Shown in pieces: positions 48,901-59,657 of a stretch of 64,000 nucleotides of DNA (positions within the stretch are counted from its first letter, which is position 1; the number at the start of each line of letters is the position of its first letter). Position numbers and translations under genes: made by a program. The notes under the pieces were generated by a model. It searched no databases. It saw only the letters and a program-made list of their open reading frames with translations, and had not been told where the DNA came from. This stretch comes from Vitrella brassicaformis CCMP3155 (taxonomy: Eukaryota > Protista > Chromerida). The stretch spans positions 1 to 64,000 of the forward strand of contig CDMY01000344.1 of NCBI GenBank assembly GCA_001179505.1, given 5' to 3'.

Positions 48901-51274
48901 GTTATATATCTGTGTGCATCTTTGATGGCTGCAGTGAGTGCAGGTGGGTCAGTCAGGTTCCTTCCCTCACTTCCAGCCCGTGTATGACGTTCTCCAGGAC
49001 GGTGCTCCTGCCTTTGCTCGTCTCCGACTCATCGCTCCTGCGTTGCGGTGTGTGTGCAGACAGACAGACCAATGCGTCCACGACACGCACGCACACCCGT
49101 ATTGTGTGTGTGTNNNNNNNNNNNNNNNNNNNNNNNNNNNNNNNNNNNNNNNNNNNNNNNNNNNNNNNNNNNNNNNNNNNNNNNNNNNNNNNNNNNNNNN
49201 NNNNNNNNNNNNNNNNNNNNNNNNNNNNNNNNNNNNNNNNNNNNNNNNNNNNNNNNNNNNNNNNNNNNNNNNNNNNNNNNNNNNNNNNNNNNNNNNNNNN
49301 NNNNNNNNNNNNNNNNNNNNNNNNNNNNNNNNNNNNNNNNNNNNNNNNNNNNNNNNNNNNNNNNNNNNNNNNNNNNNNNNNNNNNNNNNNNNNNNNNNNN
49401 NNNNNNNNNNNNNCCCCCCGATACGCTTACTTGTCGTGTAGCTGTGCCTCCAGCTGCCGAATGCGCCACGACTTCTTAATCAGCTCAACGAACTCCTGCA
49501 CATACATACACACACACACACACGTGTGTGTGTGGTGCGCGGCCGTCTGTGAGGGAATGGGTGGGCTGGTGTCTGTCTTTGGTGCACTTCACCCACCTTC
49601 CTCCTGAAAGTTTCGATCATTCGTTGTGCGATGAGTGCCACGAACAGCGTCACGAAGAACATCAGCAGATTCTTCCAACCTAAGCGACCGATCGTGCAGT
49701 GAGTGCACCGACAGACAGACAGACAGACAGACAGACAGAAAGGAAGCTTGACCCATCCCATCCAGGGGTGCAGGTCAGGAGGCAGGCAGGCAGTCGTGGG
49801 AGGGAGGAGGCCCATCACGTACCGTTTTCCCACCCCGTGGGGTCCCTCTCTGTCTTTTCTGGCGATCCGTATAGAAAGGTCATGAGGCCGTGCAGAAAGA
49901 GCGTCACCACAAACACCACTACCGCACACACCTGGTGGACGCACACCACACACACACACGCAGACAAACAGACACACATGTCAGTCGCTTAGCTTACATG
50001 CGTGTGGCTGTGTCCGTCATTATGTGGTTGTGTGTCATCCCATCCATCGTGTTTCTTACGAATCTGACGGGTACGAAGAAGAGCCCTACGCTGAAGAGCG
50101 CCTTGAGGGCCAGCAGCTGCTGCGCCTCAGTGATGCCTGACAGAACACAGACACATGACATGACATGCAGGAAGGGACACACACACACACGTGCAGTGCA
50201 ACATCCTCCAATTGATTGATTGATGCTTTGGCATCCACCCATCACCTAGCTACCTTTGTTGTATTCGTGCGGCCGGCCAAGCATGGCCGCCAGGCGGAAC
50301 TGATTGCACACAATCAACGCTGATGCATACGTCCACACACACACACACGCACACACACGCACAGAGAGAAAGAGAGAGAGGGAGACGAACATGAGATGGA
50401 TGGATGGATGGTCAGTATGCCCCTCATGCCCCCGCCTCCCCTCCCCAGTGCAGTGCCATGTCAGTGGTTGAGTGGGTGTCTGTCGTAGGTACCGGCGATT
50501 TCGATAGCGAGGAGTGCAGTGAGTATGTATTCCAGGTAGGGCCACGTCCGCCTCGAGCACGGCAACAGGATTATTATCACACCAAAGCCAAAGCCCAACA
50601 ACGGACCAATCAGACGCAGCGCCTACACTCACACATACACACAGACATCCATCCATCCATCAGCGGCTATATGTTGTGTGTGTGTACCTTAGTTACCTGC
50701 ACTGTGTCGGCTCCCTCGAGGATGACCCGCAGGTCGTAGTCGACGGCCACGACGCCCGCAAACACAAAGAGGGCAATGGCGCCCAGCCGCTGACACCGGG
50801 TGGCGATCAGACTCTCATTGTATTTCAAATACTCGCGCTCTGCAGACGTGACGTGACGTGACACCACCCCACAGCACAGACACACAAACATAGAGAGGAA
50901 CGCACACAGACAGACATACTTTCCACTCCTCTCTCTCCTCTGTCTACTTGCTGACCAAGTGCTGGGTCTCTGAACCGCAGTGTCCATCTCTGCCTCGAGA
51001 AGTCGCAGTCAGGTACATGCACCTTCGGGGGCGTCCGGGACCGATACGGACGCCGCTTCCTGCAGAACGCATCCTTGCTGTCCTTGCTGCTGTCCCTGCG
51101 ATTGCTGTCCTTGTTGGCCGCGGCTGACTGGTGTGTTGGTGTCGGCGTCGAGGCACTTGTGGTGGCCGCTGCTGTGGGTGTAGGGAGGGAGGAGGGGGGA
51201 GGGGAGGATGATCTCCTGGCGGCTGCATTGGCGTTGGCCGGGGTGATATCGGGAGCCTGGTGGTTGTCGGGCAT
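44230..51274 (-). CDS. Class I cyclic-nucleotide phosphodiesterase with N-terminal transmembrane region (apicomplexan-type PDE); more than 20 exons
   Basis: Catalytic motifs occur in order: LYHNF-WHAVEVCH, AALCHDV-GHFGRNNDFL, VLYNDMSPMEHFH, LILATDIS, CIKAADISH, AEFFDQ-GDEE and SQRYFI. Upstream exons are hydrophobic (LGAIALFVFAGVVAV; LLMFFVTLFVALIA) and there is a long polyQ/Ser tail. Extra 5' exons up to about 51820 are possible. Confidence 0.88.
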
Positions 51275-51920
51275 GACAGACAGGCAGTCAACGGTGGATG
51301 GGTGGGTGGATGGATGGATCAGAAAAAGAGCTGCAGAAAGGGAGAGGGAAGGGGAATGCGGCTTTACATCTCTGGGTGTGCACTGCATTGCAGCGGTGTC
51401 GCTGTGCGCACCTGCCCGAAAGCTGAGGTCTTCCCGCAGCGCAGTCAGTGTCCCTGCAACATTCAAGCCAAAGAGACAACCACATCATACTCACTCATCT
51501 GTCAGTCACAGTATTATTTCGTCTGGCTATCCACTCGAGTCACATGTGTGTGCCTCGCTCCCTCTCCCGCCAGCCAGTCTGCTCTCCCACACCCACCCTT
51601 GCCCTGTGTGCGCGATAAGGAGAGGCACGCACTGCCTTACTGCCTCTCCGTCTCCCTTATCGCGGACACTCACCTCAGCAAGGGCCCTGTGAGTCGCGCA
51701 CACCAGATCTGCACCTGCCTCCTTCATCAGACGTACACAGACCGACCATTGCCAGGCGGATCTTGCTGAGGGTGACGAGAGCAGATCTTGCTCCGCAGCT
51801 TCATCTGGCACGCTCGCCATCACGATCTGACAAACGTCTGACAAATATCGCGTTCCTCACACATGGCAATGTCAAGCTCGCGTGAGCTCGCGCAGATCTG
51901 ACCCACAGTAAGTCTTCCCA

Positions 51921-54525
51921 ATGCTCCGCTCTGCGGCCGTCGCGCGACGGTCTCTCCCGTCGCTCATCGTGAAGCCGCCAGCCTTTTCTCGCTGTCAGAG
52001 GGCCCGCACATCAACAGCACCAACGCTCTCAGCACCACCAGCTCCACAGCCCTCCGCCTATCAGCCTGTGGTCGATCTGAAGCTGTCGGATGAGTTGCAG
52101 AGGGGGCTGCACGACGTGATGGGCATCGCTCGGCTGACCGCAGTGCAGCAGATGACATTCAGGCCAGCGAGCGAATGGAGCGATGTGCTGATACGGGCGC
52201 CGTCAGGCAGCGGCAAGACGGTGGCCTTTCTGTTACCTGTGCTGCACAAGGTAGGGTAGGTGCCTGTGCCTTTCTCATCAGTCAGTAGACAGACATTGTT
52301 TATTCTCTGCCTTGTATGGTGTGTGAGCTTTCTTTTCCGTCAGCTGCACTCGGTGCTTGCTTCCGGCAGCAACAGCACCAGCGGCATTTCGTGTCTGATC
52401 ATCTCTCCCACTCGCGAGCTGGCCATGCAGACGCACAGCACGTGTGAGCGGCTGCTGCAGTACCACAGGTCCATGACCTGCGGCTTGATGGTTTCCGGCG
52501 GCCCCATCGACGACGACCTCAGGCGAATCCGGGAAGACCGACCCACTGTCCTGGTAGGGTAGGCTGCCTACGCACACGAGCAGACAGAGAGTCAGTCCAT
52601 CGTGTCAGCCATTTGTGTATTGATTGCCCTGCCGTCGACTTCTGATGCGATGCAGATAGTGACTCCCGGGAGGCTGGTGGACCACATGAAGCGGACCGAT
52701 CACTTCCTCCCCGCCCTCAAGCGGTCTCTGCGAGTGCTGATTGTCGACGAGGCGGCGCACCTGCTGGACCTGCCGTGCATCAAGGCCCTCCTGGCAATTA
52801 TCAACCGGCTGCCCGAGGACCGGCAGACTCTGCTCTTCACCAGCACTGTGGACGAGGGCGTGCGGCGGATGGCACAGCGGATGCTGAGGACCAACTTTGA
52901 GTACTTGGACTGCACGGCCGTACTCAGGAATCATGATATTATGTGGATGGAGCAAAGACAGAGAGGTGATGTTATCGATGATACTGCGGCCGGCGACGTG
53001 CCCGAGCTCGCCCCCTCTGTCACGCGCCTGTCGTCCCACGTGCCTGTGGAGACCATCCCCACTCCCACCAATCCGTCCCTCTCTCAGCACTTCCTCCACT
53101 ACCCCTCAGAGCGCTTCTTCCTGGTGCTTTACAACCTTATCGAGAGGGAGCGGCAAGCAGCCCCCGAAACATACAAGCTGGTGGTGTTCTTCCCCACTGT
53201 GCGGTTTCTCCAGTTCGCCTACGTCTTGCTCAAACACCTTGTCTACCGGGGGCAGCCGGATGTGGGCATGATGGCGCTCCACAGGCACCTCACCGTGGCT
53301 CGGAGAAGGGCCGCTTGGGATCGGTTCGCGGGTGCCAGTAGGGGCGTACTGTTTGCGAGCGATTTGGCGGGCATGGGGCTGGACCTCCCGAATGTCACGC
53401 TCGTCGTGCAGGTGAGGTGCGAATCACGTGCATTGCATGGTGGAGGGACACGGATCCACCCTGTGATCTGTTTGTCTGCGTCAGATTGGGCATCCCCCCA
53501 CTGCTGACCAGTATATCAACCGTGTTGGACGAACAGCCAGGTGAGTGAGGACAGCACCGATGCAACCAACGTCAATATAATGAATGTCTCAGTGACTGTG
53601 TGCCGCTGCTGTGCTGTGCTCACACCACACAGAATGGGTGATTCCGGTCGCGCCCTGCTGCTCCTGAATGAGCTCGAAAGCCACTCGCTGACGCCGCTCC
53701 TTCGAGCCCACGTGCCCATCCGGCCGGCACCCTCCTCTCTCAAGGAATCCCTCCTGCTGCCCTCCCCACTGCTCGACCGGCTCTTCGCGCCATCACCGAT
53801 CGACTTCCAGCCCAACCTGAGCCAAGACAGGACGCCCATGCTGCAAATCGGTGGATCGCCCTCCGTCCTTCCTGCACTGGTGTCTGACGATCGGTTGCTG
53901 ACGAGTGGCGACGCTGGTGTGGATGGGCATGGGGAGCACCAGGGTCAGGTGGCGGATTGTGTCAGAGGGGATCATCGGCATTGGTACAGCGTGCCGCATC
54001 TGTATGCCTCTGGGGCTCTGGCCTATCGGTCGCTGGTCGGGTACTACGCCAAAATGTGGGACACACTCAGGATCGAGAGGTCCGGATTTGACGTGAACCA
54101 AGAGAGGCAACAGTGTGCTTTTGCGTTCCCTTCGCAAACCGAGGTTTGGTCACATCCATCACATGTGGCATTCCGTGTGTGTGTGTGTGCAGCAAGTCCG
54201 TGCCCGCTGTGATTAACAAGGTGTTCGAGTCAGCTGGCTTACGCAAGCCACCAGTCGTCACCAAACAGTTCGCCGCCACCAACCAACTCATCGACGCACC
54301 AGGTATGACGACCCACTCACACACACACGCACCCACACACATGTTACGTGTAAGTGACATACATTCGTGTATACGGACGGCGCTGTTGCCGCAGGTCTGC
54401 ACTATGACTACCACGCGACTCGGAAGACGGCCCTGATCGCTGCTCTGCCGGGCTATGCGGGACACGCCTCGAGGCTGAGGCAGGTGACACACAGACAACG
54501 GGCGGCGATGAATAACGGCGTCTGA
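51921..54525 (+). CDS. Mss116-like DEAD-box RNA helicase with degenerate motifs and a probable mitochondrial presequence
   Basis: Q motif and motif I read LTAVQQ...APSGSGKT. Ia is PTRELA and Ib is TPGRL. II is DEAA, III is TST, V is ASDLAGMGLD and VI is YINRVGRTAR. The C-terminal AYRSLVGYY...GLRKPP resembles the Mss116 extension. The N-terminus is R/S/A-rich with no acidic residues. The 3' end is uncertain. Confidence 0.8.
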
Positions 54526-54851
54526 AATTTTGTCCATCTCTCCTGCTGAGACCGAACCCTAAGACCGAACCCTGCTGGAGAAACCCTGCGTCTGAAGTTT
54601 CGAATCGAAGCCGAGCGCTCAACAGATTCATCACGACAGCCTGAAGGTGAGTGGGACACTCTCATCTCATGTGGCTGACGAGGTGGCGAAATGATTCATG
54701 CACGCCAACCGCCCCACCTCAATACCGAAACACCCAAGCAGTGATCTGCGACGCCAGCTGATCATCAAAAGACGCAGGTCTGCAAGCATCCAACCGAGAG
54801 TCATCCACACGTGGCCGCCAAGGGTCTCGTCCGTTCGTGTGTGTCGCAGGT

Positions 54852-56519
54852 ATGTCAGCCTGGCTGCAGCTAGATGGCGTCGACACCTCGTTTGATGAGG
54901 GCACCAGCGATGCCATTCGGGAGCTTGCCATGGGTGTCATCCACCGCACACTCACCGACACAGGCCAAGTGAGGCAGCTCATCCGGCAGGGGGCAAACCC
55001 GAGTGTCGAGCCCTCACTGCAGCACCGCCATGACGCCACACCTCGGCTGTTGATGTTGAAGAAGGCCTATCCGCTGCTCAGTCTGTCCATCGACGACATG
55101 ACCGACTCCACCATCCCGTCCATCTGGGCAAAGGACCAAGACAACGGGCGACTTCCCGTCAGGCTGCCCCGCTGGCCGTCTCCTCAGCTCCAAGATGCCG
55201 TCATGACCGCACTGATCGACAGCTGGGCTGACATCAACGCGGAAGGCGCCGACGAGGACGGAAGACCCATCCGTGTCGCCGTTGCGGCGGCCAACCTGCC
55301 GGCAGTCGGTCTCCTGCAACGGGGCGTCCAGCTGCACGGATTCCTGGTGATGCGCCTGCCGGAGGACAGTATGTGTCCGCCTACCCCCGAGGGTGAGCGG
55401 CAATTGATGGCCATCTACCGCCGGCTCATTCAGTACGACAGCACCTTGGCAGCCGAACGCGATGAACTGGGCAACACATTGGTGCATTCGGCAGCCAGCA
55501 GAATGTCCAGAGGTCGCTTCTCCCAGGCCTTCAATAGCCAGTACATCGACCTGCTTGTGGACAACGGAGCTGACATCAGGGCGGCCAACAATACTGGCGG
55601 CTACACGGCATTGCACTGGGCGGCGCATCGGGGCTCTTACGTTTTCGCGGGGCTGTGTCGCAAGCTCTCACCTGACGACATCAACAGAGGGACAGACACC
55701 AACTGGACGCCCCTCGTCATCGCTGCCATTCGTCTCCGTATGTCCATTCGGACGCTGGGCGATAACGAGACGGCAGAAGAGCGCAAGGAAGACATCCGCA
55801 CAACGGAAATTCCCAATCTCAAGACCGTCATCCGCACCCTTCTGAGAGCCGGCGGCCGCACGCCCACAAGGCGCAGTGAGCGACGTGAGCGCAGTCTCGT
55901 GCTGGCCGAGTATGCCACGGTGCTGAATGGTCTGTGTGATGTGACCATGTCGGCCATCAACGCCGCCCTCGCCCCCCAGCGCGACCACTCGATGCTGCTC
56001 GCCCGTCTACTGCCCCTCGCACCCCACAACGACGGCAGAGACCCCGCCCCCTCCCCCCTCTCATTCGGACCACACGAGGCAGAGGCCATCGGCTGGAAGA
56101 TCGGCGCCTTCCTGCACGAGCCATTCGCTGCAGCAGCGGCCATCGACGAGTACCTCATCGGCGAGTCGACGCTGAGGCGCCGCGTCAAGGCGGCCATGGC
56201 GCACTTCGTCAAGTCGGCCGCCACACGGACATCCAGCAACAGGGAGGTCATCGGCGACATGGCCAACATGGGCGGCGTCATGGTGCGAGTGCCGCTGCAG
56301 TGCTTCGCCGTTCGGGGTCAGCAGGGTGGGCAGCATCGGCTGCTAGGTTTGCGTGAGGTGGTCCACAAGGCCCGGCTGGACGAGGCGGCCAGCCATGGTG
56401 TGACGGGTGTGGTCAAGGGCTTCAACGCCCACCTGGCTGACGACTGCGTGTTCGAATGGCGGCAGCTGGGTTACATCGACGAGACCACACGGCTGTTCGT
56501 GGCGCTGGGCATCGAGTGA
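54852..56519 (+). CDS. Ankyrin-repeat-like protein of an expanded lineage family; intronless CDS
   Basis: This is a continuous ORF of about 555 aa. It has ankyrin-like segments (GNTLVHSAA, LLVDNGADIRAANNTGGYTALHWAA, NWTPLVIAA) and is a close paralog of 1-1205. Confidence 0.88.
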   Translation: MSAWLQLDGVDTSFDEGTSDAIRELAMGVIHRTLTDTGQVRQLIRQGANPSVEPSLQHRHDATPRLLMLKKAYPLLSLSIDDMTDSTIPSIWAKDQDNGRLPVRLPRWPSPQLQDAVMTALIDSWADINAEGADEDGRPIRVAVAAANLPAVGLLQRGVQLHGFLVMRLPEDSMCPPTPEGERQLMAIYRRLIQYDSTLAAERDELGNTLVHSAASRMSRGRFSQAFNSQYIDLLVDNGADIRAANNTGGYTALHWAAHRGSYVFAGLCRKLSPDDINRGTDTNWTPLVIAAIRLRMSIRTLGDNETAEERKEDIRTTEIPNLKTVIRTLLRAGGRTPTRRSERRERSLVLAEYATVLNGLCDVTMSAINAALAPQRDHSMLLARLLPLAPHNDGRDPAPSPLSFGPHEAEAIGWKIGAFLHEPFAAAAAIDEYLIGESTLRRRVKAAMAHFVKSAATRTSSNREVIGDMANMGGVMVRVPLQCFAVRGQQGGQHRLLGLREVVHKARLDEAASHGVTGVVKGFNAHLADDCVFEWRQLGYIDETTRLFVALGIE

Positions 56520-57605
56520 CTGTGGGATGGGGGAAGGGAGTAGGCGGAAGTCGACCTGTCTGGCCCAGTTTTGGTGGGTCGTGTGTGGTGCATGTTGATG
56601 TATGAGATTCGATCGAGGTACGTGTTTGCATGGCATGAAGTGAGGGACTGCCCTTGCATTCCATTAACGCAAGTTGGAGTCAACCCAGCCAGCCACACGC
56701 CAGAGACATACACCACCTCTCATCACGTGAACGGCCGTACATGGGAAACAGAGACTGGGGTGAGTGGGAGCGTTAGTCAGTCAGAGCCACAGGATGCAAA
56801 CAATGACCGGCTATGTACACTGGATGGGATGGATGGACGGACGGGTATATTGACGGAGTCAAAAGTTGGTGGTTGTGTACACCGATTGGGCGCGACGAGA
56901 ATGAGTAGTCGCCAGAAGAGGCGCTCACGCAGCCCTTCTCCCAAAGAGACAGACAGACAGACAGAAATCCTTGAATCAAGAGCTTCCTCTTTCTCTCTCT
57001 GCAGCCTGTTACAATGCCGACGCGTCTGCTGAGACAGCCGACTGCACCGATGGGCCGCCAGGTCATTTTGCAACTTGACGGCCTGAAAGTGCAGATGGCC
57101 ATCCAAGCAGATTCACATCGAAGCACTGAAGACAGGCCTGAGGATACCATCGCCAGATCTGAAGTAAGGACCTTCTCTAACTTTCCCTCGTGTGACGCTC
57201 GACCAACCCACCATCGCTGTGCGCACCCCACATCGATTGTTCCCCGGGTGCGGGGCAACAATCGTTGTTCAGCAGGCGCACGCGACCGCGGCTTGGACAA
57301 ACACCACGTAGAGGGAAGAACCGACCAGTCAAGACACCACCATTGGACTAAGTGACAAGAGCACATGCATCCCGCCCGCCCGGCCCGTCTGTCACGGGCG
57401 ACCCCATCCCACCCTCATGAAGCCGAGCACCCCTTTGCAAAACAAGAACCACAGTCACACATTGAAAATACGGGCATGCGGCATCGCATGCCACACACAC
57501 ACATACACACAGTTACACACAACACACCAGATGGAGACACCACACGAGACGAAAAGACGAGATAAATGCCCACCCCTCCCCTCCCCCCCTCCCTCCCTCC
57601 CGGTT

Positions 57606-59168
57606 TCACACATATGCTTGGCCGTTGGCCTGTTGCTGCTGTTGTGTGCTCGACGTAACCGTCACCACAGTCGCGCCATCCAAGTCGGGTCCGGGCGTCT
57701 CCACACCCTCCTTGCCGTCGGCCTTGGACGCCTCAGCCGCCTCCTTCTCCGTGATCTCACGCAGAGCCTTGCGGGCAAACCTGACCGATTGACCAACAGA
57801 GGAAAGGACACGTGAGAGAACGGACCTCTTTTCGACGTGGCGCACCCACCATGTGACGATGAATACGGCAATGAAGGTGGCGACCAGCCCGACGGCCAGG
57901 AACACCCACTGAGACCAGTGGCCAGAGCCCTCCGCCTTGCCGCTGCACGCGCCTGCGAAGGCGGGGATGGCACCGATGTACACATAGAGAGCTGTGCCCG
58001 GTATAATGCCGAGGGTGCCTGGCAGACGTGGGCAGGAAGTAGGAAACAGGAATGTGTGGATTCCACGCTTTTTGTTGCCTTCTGCAGATCCGTGGTGTGC
58101 TCACCGATGGCGTAGTCTCTGTACCGAGTCCGTGTGCCGCCCATCTGATGGATGGTGAGATACGCACACACGCATTTATTGTCGTCACGACAGGGGGATG
58201 CGACACCATATACTCACTGACTTACAATGTAGTTGAACGCCGAGAATGGCACCACGGGGGACAGCCGCAGCAGGATATTGAGCTTCAACCCCTGGTGAAT
58301 CGATCGATGGACAAACGAAACAGCACCAAGACAGCATGTGCAAGCGCACGTATCCCTCCCCCTCCCCCTCCCCCTCTCCCTCTCCTTGCCAAGCACCTGT
58401 GTTTCGAAGACCTTGTCGATGGCCCGCATGACTTTGAATTTGTCCGTGAGGCCCTGCACCCAGCTCTTGAAGAGGAATCGGCCGCAGAAGAAGGCCAGCT
58501 GCGCCCCCACAAACGCACCCACAAGCACAGCGCCGATGCCGGCAGCCATCCCTGGACCATTCCCGAACGCACATACAAAGGTAAAGCCGGCGCCTGCACA
58601 CATCCGGTACCCACATCTTATGGCGATTTCATCTCGTGGTGCATGCCTTCGAGTGGCTGGCTGGCTGGCTGGCTGGCTGACCGACCTAGTGTGAGTATGG
58701 ATCCGGGAATGAAAGCCACTGTGCAGACCATGTAGACGGCCATGTAGGCCAGTATGCCCGTTGCAGGATTGTCCTGAACCTGCCGAAGCAGCCGCAGCCA
58801 GCCAACCGACCAGTACACACAGACAGAATGAACTCGCGATCCTCGTCTCTCTTGCCTTTCTGCAGCGTGTGTTTCCCTGCCCCCGTCGCTCGATGACTTA
58901 CCCATTCCTTGAATATGTCCAGCCCCTCGGCAACTCTCTGGCCTGTCGTCGAGTCGATGATAATGTACACAATGATAGCAATGATCACCAAAAACACCAG
59001 CAGCTTCTTCCAGCTCTGTGCCAACCATCCGCCCCACGTGCGCCGCGGCTTGACCGGTGCATCGGCAGACACGGCACCGGGCGATGGGGTGCCGCCGGGA
59101 GCTGCGTCACAGGCTGTGGACAGCTGAGAGTCGTCTTGGTTTGCTGGGATGGGCTGGCCGGAAGTCAT
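57606..59168 (-). CDS. TVP38/TMEM64 family (SNARE-associated / DedA-VTT) membrane protein
   Basis: Motifs are FIPGSILTLG-AGFTF, GAQLAFFCGRFLF, LLRLSPVVPFSAFNY and GIIPGTALYVYIG, with multiple hydrophobic helices. Confidence 0.9.
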
Positions 59169-59442
59169 GACGGATGAACTGCTGGAGGGCGATTGAATGA
59201 GGCTGGTCGATGGGCCGAGCTGTCACGCACGCGAGATGAGCCGACGTTGAAGGCTTTGCTGTTGCTTGCTGTGGGGAAGATGCACTTGTTGAGGTGGCAG
59301 ATCTGGTGTTGCTGGTGAAGATCTAACAGCTGGATCTTCTTGTTGCTTGTGAAGGAGCTAGGAGGGAAGGCCGAGAGAAAGAAAAGGGAGAGGAGCGCGG
59401 GAAGGAGCAGGGTTTCTAACCCTACACCCCGTCCTGTGCAGG

Positions 59443-59485
59443 AGTAACCCTAACCCTGCATGCAAGTAACCCTAACCCTGCATGC
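59443..59485. promoter_or_regulatory. Duplicated 21-bp element combining telomere-like CCCTAA repeats and TGCATGC in a divergent intergenic region
   Basis: agtaaccctaaccctgcatgc occurs at 59443-59463 and 59465-59485, between head-to-head start codons at 59168 and 59658. A regulatory role is inferred. Confidence 0.45.
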
Positions 59486-59657
59486 GGGGGCCGTGGGCGG
59501 TGTTCCCCGAGTCTCAGAATCTGAGATGTGTTTCGGCCCCTGAGGTTCTTCCACACACCTTGCAGAGGCTCAGTAGTCGCTGAAACCTGACTTGAGACGC
59601 CCCGAGAACAGCGCCAGATCTATGCGTCGCTATTGACATCCCGTTGCAAGGACGAAG

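Larger units (their letters stand above)
17901..49413. other. Seven assembly gaps of exactly 300 N (17901-18200, 23281-23580, 40113-40412, 41156-41455, 42355-42654, 43866-44165, 49114-49413)
   Basis: Uniform length indicates placeholder gaps. The first is flanked by the same 38 bp on both sides. Confidence 0.95.

Noticed and set aside
56901-57355. Short plus-strand ORFs after the ankyrin gene (MSSRQKRRSRSPSPK; MPTRLLRQP)
   Set aside because: There is no recognisable domain or convincing exon chain.
59443-59485. Telomere or chromosome end
   Set aside because: There are only two CCCTAA-like units per copy, embedded between genes.
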